64,000 nt of DNA from the human T2T-CHM13v2.0 reference genome, Homo sapiens: assembly GCF_009914755.1 (NCBI RefSeq), contig NC_060946.1. One strand, written 5' to 3'. This document shows positions 56,820 to 64,000 of this stretch, piece by piece (the first letter of the stretch is position 1; every line of letters starts with the position of its first letter). A program made the position numbers and the translations under genes. The notes under the pieces are model-generated. The model was given only the letters and a program-made list of their open reading frames with translations. It had not been told where the DNA came from and did no database searches.

Positions 56820-57200
56820 CAGAGAGAAGGAGAGAGGGAGGAAATGGGGAGGAGAGAAGAGGAGACAGGCAGGGTAAAGAGGAGAATAGAAGGAGAGAGA
56901 AAAGAAAGACAGACATGGAAATGAAATAGAGCAGGAGAGAGAAGTGGTAAGAGAAGGGAGAAGAAAAAAGTGAAGAATGAGAACAGACAGACAGGAGACA
57001 AGGAACAAAAAATTAGCAAAATGGCCAGAGAAAAGAAAAAAAAAGATTGAGAAATAAAAGAGAAGCAAAGAAAAAGAGAGACAGAAAGGAGTGAGAAAAT
57101 GAAATAGGCAAGCGGTTCTCAAGACAGAAAATGGGAAAGGGAAGAAATGACTGAGAATGAGAGAAAGATAAAAAGAATAAAAAGATGAAACAGAAGGGAA
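56784..57200 (+). repeat. (TG)n(AG)n microsatellite followed by a ~390-bp purine-rich tract
   Basis: Directly visible. Confidence 0.9.
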
Positions 57201-59019
57201 ATGCCTCAAGGGCCCTGCCCAAGAGACTCAGAGACACCCATGTTTTCTCATGACCCTTCATGATGGCAGTTGTCAGGCAGACCCCAAGAAACCCTGAGAC
57301 CAAACAGCAAGGGGAAGTAGCCAGGCTCCAGTGAATTTACCTTCTCTGCCCTTCAGCATGGAATTGGGATGACCTGAAATGCAGCTGAAAATTCATCCTG
57401 AGCTCCCCAGCAGCCCCAGAGAGGAGCTGAAGCAGCAGCTCAGCAGCAAAGAACACTTGGGGCTTTGCCTTTCTGTGGAACTGAGAGTGTCTTCAGGTTG
57501 GCTGGGTTCACACCCTCCTGGGTACCAGGACCCCACTCTGTCCATATGAGCCTCTCTGCATTCATTCCCTGGGCCCACCTGAAACCACAGGGTCCTCAGA
57601 GTGAAGGTGGCCTCTCAGCTTCCAGGAGATCTAGTGCTGTCTGTATTTTGCCATGTGTGAACTTCAAATGATTTCAGGGACATATTATGTTCCCATTTGA
57701 AAGATACTTCGGTATGGCATCTCTATTACCTAAGTCCTTAGTGCTTTGTATGAAGCACAGTGGACAAACATTATGCATAAATACCAACCAAACTGAGCAT
57801 TGCAAAGCAAAGAGAAATCTGATTCATTGTTTTCTACTTTTTAAAATAATATTTGTACCCCATAACATTTGGGAAAATAAGTTCAAAAACTTGTTTAGAA
57901 AAATAAGAAGAATCATACCATAGACTAATACAATGGGAATTCAAAAGAAGAAAAAAAAGATCAAAAAAATGGATAAGAATGCTCTGGGCCTCTGTTCCAA
58001 CATGGCCAAAAAGGAACAGCTCCAGTCTGCAGTGCCCAGCATGATCAACACAGAAGACGGGTGATTTCTGCATTTCCAACTAAGGTAAGTGGTTCATCTT
58101 ACTGGGACTGGTTGGACAGTGGTACAGCCCATGGAGGGCAAGCTGAAGCAGGGTGGGGTGTCGCCTCCCCTGGGAAGTGCAAAAGGTCAGGGGATTTCTC
58201 TTTCTTAGCCAAGGGAACCCATGACAGACTGTACCTGGAAAAACAGGACACTGCCACCGAAATACTGTGCTTTTCCCGAGGTCTTAGCAACCGGTAGACA
58301 AGGAGATTCTCTCCCATGCCTGGCTCAGCGGGTCCCATGCCCACAGAGCCTTGCTCGCCACTAGCGCAGCGGTCTGAGATGGAACTGCCAGGCAGCAGCC
58401 TTGCTGGGGGAGGGGCGTCCACCATTGCTGAGGCTTGAGTAGGTAAACAAAGCAGCCAGGAAGCTCAAACTGGGCGGAGCCCAACACAGCTCATCAAGGC
58501 CTACTGCCTCTAGACTCCACCTCTGTGGGCAGGGCACAGCTGAACAAAAGGCAACAGACAACTTCTGTAGACATAAACATCCCTGTCTGACAGCTCTGAA
58601 GAGAGCAGTGGTTCTCCCAGCACGGCGTTTGAGCTCAGAGAATGGACAGACTGCATCCTCAAGTGGGTCCCTGACCACCATGTAGCCTAACTGGGAGATA
58701 CCTCCCAGTAGGGGCCGACAGACACCTCATATAGGTGGGTGCCCCTCTGGGACGAAGCTTCCAGAGGAAGGATCAGGCAGCAATATTTGCTGTTCTGCAA
58801 TATTTGCTGTTCTGCAGCCTCCACTGCTCCTAGGCAAACAGGGTCTAGAGTGGACCTCCAGCAAACTCCAACAGATCTATAGCTGAGGGACCTGACTATT
58901 AGAAGGAAAACTAACAAACAGAAAGGAATAGCATCAACATCAGCAAAAAGGACATCCACACCAAAACCCCATCTGTAGGTCACCAACATCAAAGACCAAA
59001 GGTAGATAAAACCACAAAG

Positions 59020-60019
59020 ATGGGGAGAAACCAGAGCAGAAAAGCTGAAAATTCTAAAAATCAGAGCATTTCTTCTCCTCCAAAGGATTGCAACTCCTAC
59101 CAGCAATGGAACAGAGCTGGACAGAGAATTATTTTGACAAGTTGACAGAGTAGGCTTCAGAAGGTCGGTAATAACAAACTTCTCTGAGCTAAAGGAACGT
59201 GTTCGAACCCATGCAAGGAAGCTAAAAACCTTGAATAAAAATTAGATGAATGGCTAACTAGAATAAACAGTGTAGAGAAGAACTTAAATGACCTGATGGA
59301 GCTGAAAACCATGGCATGAGAACTTCATGATGCATGCGCAAGCTTCAGTAGCCGATCTGATCAAGTGGAAGAAAGGGTATCAGTGATTGAAGATCAAATT
59401 AATGAAATAAAGCAAGAAGAGAAGGTTAGAGAAAAAAGAAACAAACAAAGCATCCAAGAAATATGGGGCTATGTGAAAAGACCAAATCTATGTTTGATTG
59501 GTGTACCTGAAAGTGATAAGGAGAATGGAACCAAGTTGGAAAACGCTCCTCAGGATACTATCCAGAAGAACTCCAACATAGCAAGGCAGGCCAACATTCA
59601 AATTCAGGAAATACAGAGAACATCACAAAGATACTCCTTGAGGAGAGCAACCCCAAGACACATAATTGTCAGATTCACCAAGGTCGAAGTGAAGGAAAAA
59701 ATGTTAGGGGCAGCCAGAGAGAAAGGTCAAGTTACCCACAAAGGGAAGCCCATCAGACTAACAGTGAACCTCTCAGCAGAAACCCTACAAGCCAGAAGAG
59801 AGTGGCGGCCAATATTCAACATTCTTAAAGAAAAGAATTTTCAACCCAGAATTTTATATCCAGCTTCATAAGTGAAGGAGAAATAAAATCCTTTACAGAC
59901 AGGCAAATGCTGAGAGATTTTGTCACCACCAGGCCTGCCTTATAGAGCTCCTGAAGGAAGCGCTAAACACGGAAAGAAACAACCAGTACCAGCCATTGCA
60001 AAAACATGCCAAATTGTAA
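59020..60019 (+). pseudogene. L1 ORF1p remnant (stops/frameshifts)
   Basis: ORF 59365-59871: YVKRPNL...RATPRHIIVRFTK...GKPIRLT...LKEKNFQPRI. Confidence 0.92.
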
Positions 60020-60082
60020 AGACCATCAATGCTAGGAAGAAACTGCATCAATTAACGGGCAAAATAACCAGCTGACATCATA

Positions 60083-61318
60083 ATGACAGGATCAAATTCC
60101 CACATAACAATATTAACCTTAAATGTAAATGGGCTAAATACCTCAGTTAAAAGACACAGACTGGCAAATTGGATAAAGAGTCAAGACCCATCAGTGAGCT
60201 GTATTCAGGAGACCCATCTCACATGCAGAGACACACATAGGCTCAAAATAAAGGTATGGAGGACGATCTATGAAGCAAATGAAAGCAAAAAAATAGCAGG
60301 GCTTGCATTCCTAGTCTCTGATAAAACAGAATTTAAACCAACAAAGATTAAAAGAGACAAAGAAGGCCATTACATAGTGGTAAAGGGATCAATTCAATGA
60401 GAAGACCTAACTATCCTAAATATATATGCACCCAATACAGGAGCACACAGACTCATAAAGCAAGTCCTTAGAGACCTACAAAGAGACTTAGACTCCCACA
60501 CAATAATAATGGGAGACTTTAACACCCCACTCTCAATATTAGACAGATCAACGAGACAGAAGGTTAACAACGATATCCAGGACTTGAACTCAGTTCTGCA
60601 CCAAGCAGACCCAATAAACATCTACAGAACTCTCCACCCCAAATTAACAGAATATACATTCTTCTCAGCACCACATCGCACTTCAAACAACCCCATCAAA
60701 AAGTGGGCAAAGGATATGAACAGACACTTCTCAAAAGAAGACATTTATGCAGCCAACAGACACATGAAAAAATGCTCATCATCACTGGTCATTAGAGAAA
60801 TGCAAATCAAAACCACAATGAGATACCATCTCATGCCAGTTAGAATGGCAATCATGAAAAAGTCAGGAAACAACAGATGCTGGAGAGGATGTGGAGAAAT
60901 AGGAACACTTTTACACTGTTGGTGGGAGTGTAAATTAGTTCAAGCATGGTGGAAGACAGTGTGGCAATCCCTCAAGGATCTAGAACTAGAAATACCATTT
61001 GACCCAGCAATCTCATTACTGGGTATATACCCAAAGGATTATAAATCATGCTACTATAAAGACACATGCACATGTATGTTTATTGCAGCACTATTCACAA
61101 TAGCAAAGACTTGGAACCAACCAAAATGTCCATCAATGATAGACTGGATTAAGAAAATGTGGCACATATACACCACAGAATACTATGCAGCCGTAAAAAA
61201 GAATGGGTTCATGTCCTTGGCAGGAACATGGTTGAAGCTGGGAACCATCATTCTCAGCAAACTATCACAAGGACAGAAAACCAAACACTGCATGTTCTCA
61301 CTCATAGGTGGGAATTGA
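60083..61318 (+). pseudogene. L1 ORF2p remnant: endonuclease N-terminus fused in frame to the C-terminal domain, one internal TGA
   Basis: MTGSNSHITILTLNVNGLN...GDFNTPL...FFSAPHRT|[16 protein letters not shown]...HCWWECK...LIGGN. Confidence 0.92.
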
Positions 61319-62063
61319 ACAATGAGATCACTTGGACACAGGGCGGGGAACATCACCTACCGGGACCTGTCAGAGGGTGGGGGGCTGGAGGAGGGATAGC
61401 ATTAGGAGAAATAATATAAATGACAAGTTGATGGGTGCAGCAAACCAACGTGGCACATGTATACCTATGTATCAAATCTGCATGTTGTGCACATGTACCC
61501 TAGTACTTAACATATAATAAAAAATAAAAATAAAAATAATTCAGAGGAAAATGGAATCAGCTTTTAAAAAAAAAAGAATGCTCTGGCATGAGAAATAAAA
61601 TCTCACTTGGAACTTTCTAGAGGCCTGGGAAAAGGAATAAAAATAAAATTAATTAAAAAATAAGTTGCAAACCCTTTTCAGAAAATTTTCTTAATGTTGG
61701 CCAAATATGTCCTTACTCTCCATTTTGAAATAAATGTATCAAATGGGACTTCACTTAGAGACTAAAGATTGAATTTATGAACAATGCCTTCAAAGGAGCA
61801 ACATTCGTAGTACTGTTTTAAAATGGCATCACTTCAGTAAATACAATTCTGCAAAAATATATCCTTATGTGATCTAATTCTGTTCCTTGCAAGTATTTGC
61901 TAGAGTGCTTTTTCTTGTTGCTTTGTTTTCAGTTGCTGAACAATCTTAGTTTTGCGATTTTGGGGGAGAGACTGAAGACAAACTGTTAAGAAACAGTGAG
62001 AAAGACACATATTTGTACCTAGCAGTTAAAATCTTACTTAAGGATTTAAAATATATTTTATAG

Positions 62064-62330
62064 TCCAGGTGCAGTGGCTTATGTGTGTAATCCCAGCACT
62101 TCGTGAGGCCAAGGTGGCTGGATTGCTTTAGCCCAGGAGTTTGAGGCCAGCCTGGACATCATAGCAAGACTCTTTCTCTTAAAAAAATTTTTTTTAATTA
62201 GCTAGAGGCTGAGGCAGGAGGATTGTTTGAGCCTGGGAAGTCAAGACTGCAATGAGCAATGATCACACTGCTGCACTCCAGCCTGGGCAACAGGGTGAGA
62301 CCTTGCCTCAAAAATAAAATAAAACAAATC
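62064..62330 (+). mobile_element. AluJ with an internal deletion at the start of the right arm
   Basis: AATTAGCTA joined directly to GAGGCTGAGG. Confidence 0.88.
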
Positions 62331-62879
62331 TTATAATATATATAAAATAAAATATATTATGTAAAATATATAATAAGATATATATGTGGACATGTATTTG
62401 TGTAGATGTATATGTTTTGTTCTTGAATGTTGCAATTACTCATTCATTATGGAGAACTCGATTTTGAACAAGGAAAGGAACCTTTCGTGAAAACACATAT
62501 TAATCCTTCAATTAACTCTGCATAATGATAAAGGCCTTTGGCTGGGCAGACCATACACCCTAGGCCTGCTTCTCCCTGTGCCAACCATGCCGACTCCAGG
62601 CAAACGAGTTCAACCTGAAGCCCAGGGACGTGCGAGCAGAAGTCGGCTAAGTGTCTTAGAGCAGGTGTTTTACCTTTAATAACTCCATGGCGTAATTATG
62701 CAGGAATTTGTCCAAGCCTTTTTTGAAACTATTTATACATTCAGCATTTACCAAATCAGGGGGGAGGGGGGATGAAAAAAAACAGAGAGATTTTAATCTC
62801 ATGCGATTTATTTTTTTTTTTTTTTGTCCTAAAATGACTTAAAGAGAAACGGGTTGGGTTAGTGGCAAATTGTCCTGCA

Positions 62880-63110
62880 CTGAGAGCATGCTGTGTGCCA
62901 GGCACCACGCTGGGGGCTTCATAAACAGCCTCTCATTTAATCCTCGTAACACCCCTACATGGTAGGGATCACCATAACATTTCACGGATGAGGAACTGGG
63001 CTCAGAGAGGTCCTGGCAGTTGCCCAAGGTCATTCAGCTTTCACAGATAGGGTTTGAAACCTGGTGTGTTTGCTCTCAAAGCCTGTGGCTTTTTGCCTGA
63101 CACCAGCTGT
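62880..63110 (-). mobile_element. MIR
   Basis: CTCATTTAATCCTCGTAAC...ACGGATGAGGAACTGGGCTCAGAGAGG...TTGCCCAAGGTCA. Confidence 0.85.
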
Positions 63111-64000
63111 TCCCTGGGTGCCAGAGGGAACAGCAGCACTGCCTCCTTGTAACAGCCTCGCGGGAGCTGAAGTCATGTGTGTCGTCTCAAGTATCTTCTG
63201 CAAAAAGTACCTTCCCATCTAAATTCTCTCGCTTGTCCTGCTCACTCCCGAAACTCCAACCCAGTTTTCCTGGAGTTTTCAAAGACAGAGAAGTTTGGGA
63301 ATATAAAGCTGTATGTTGAAGGGATCTCCCAGCTCTGAGAGTTTGTGAAATACTCAAGAAACCACAAGGACTTTCATAAAAAGGCAATTTCTGTAGCACG
63401 CGGTGGGGGGATAAAAGCCACGATATTTTCCCATTCCTTTTCTTCAGAACTTGATGAAAACATGAAACCATCCACAGGCAGGAAGCAGAAAATGATCATT
63501 TCACAGCAGGGGGCTGCTGCGGCTGTACACAGTGCGCTGTCAAGCGGGAGGGGGGCCGTCTGGGCTGGTGCCTCTGAGGGATGGTCTCTCCACAGCCTGG
63601 CAGGGCCCCTTCCCTCTGCGGGCCCTAGCACCCCCATGATCGCTGTCTCCGCGACCTCCTTGCTCTGATGGTCTCGGATACCCTGAGTTCCCTGGGTAAA
63701 GTCCAGGCTCTAGGTGAGCCATGCGCTTTGCTGTGGGGGCGTTAGGAGTTAAAGAGGCCAAGCAAATGCCTTCTGATTTCTAGCAGGAGAGGATGTTCAG
63801 GGATGCTAGCAGCCCTGAGTTCATGTGCTGCTCCACTTCTTACTAACTGTTTGAACTTGGGAAACAGCATACCTCTGGGAAGGAACATTGCCCCTCCACC
63901 TGCAGCCACTGGGCAACAGGGGCAAGCCTCAGACGCTGGTTCCCACCTCAGACAAATCGTTTGGGCTTCTGTCTTATAGGAGGGTCAGGTTTCTGCAAAA

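Larger units (their letters stand above)
57988..61540 (+). mobile_element. L1PA (L1PA6-like) with 5'UTR, disrupted ORF1, internally deleted ORF2, 3'UTR and A tail
   Basis: 5' CAACATGGCC...GGAACAGCTCC; TSD AAGAATGCTCTGG at 57975-57987 and 61574-61586. Confidence 0.95.

Noticed and set aside
58781-58814. 17-bp tandem duplication CAATATTTGCTGTTCTG in the L1 5'UTR
   Set aside because: As I recall it is part of the consensus of L1PA elements of this age, so not locus-specific (not verified)

Overview
Primate (probably human or other catarrhine) non-coding genomic DNA, intergenic or deep intronic. I could not identify the locus and found no supportable host protein-coding exon, RNA gene or CRISPR array. 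Most of the window is interspersed repeats: L2, MIR, old L1M elements, one L1PA, about ten Alus, MaLR/ERV solo LTRs and DNA-transposon relics, often nested and with readable target-site duplications (TSDs). Subfamily names are from recalled consensus sequences, not a database search, and old-repeat boundaries are approximate. Main unexplained structure: a degenerate 12-unit, ~52-bp tandem array at 35669-36247 whose better-conserved core carries PBX-HOX-like (TGATTTAT) and homeodomain/POU-like (GCTAATTA) motifs. Also notable: a TSD-flanked L1PA6-like element with an in-frame ~2.6-kb ORF2 deletion and a short 3' transduction-like tag; a triplicated TSD from two insertions at one site; and several repeat-free, homeodomain-motif-rich islands that look like developmental enhancers.
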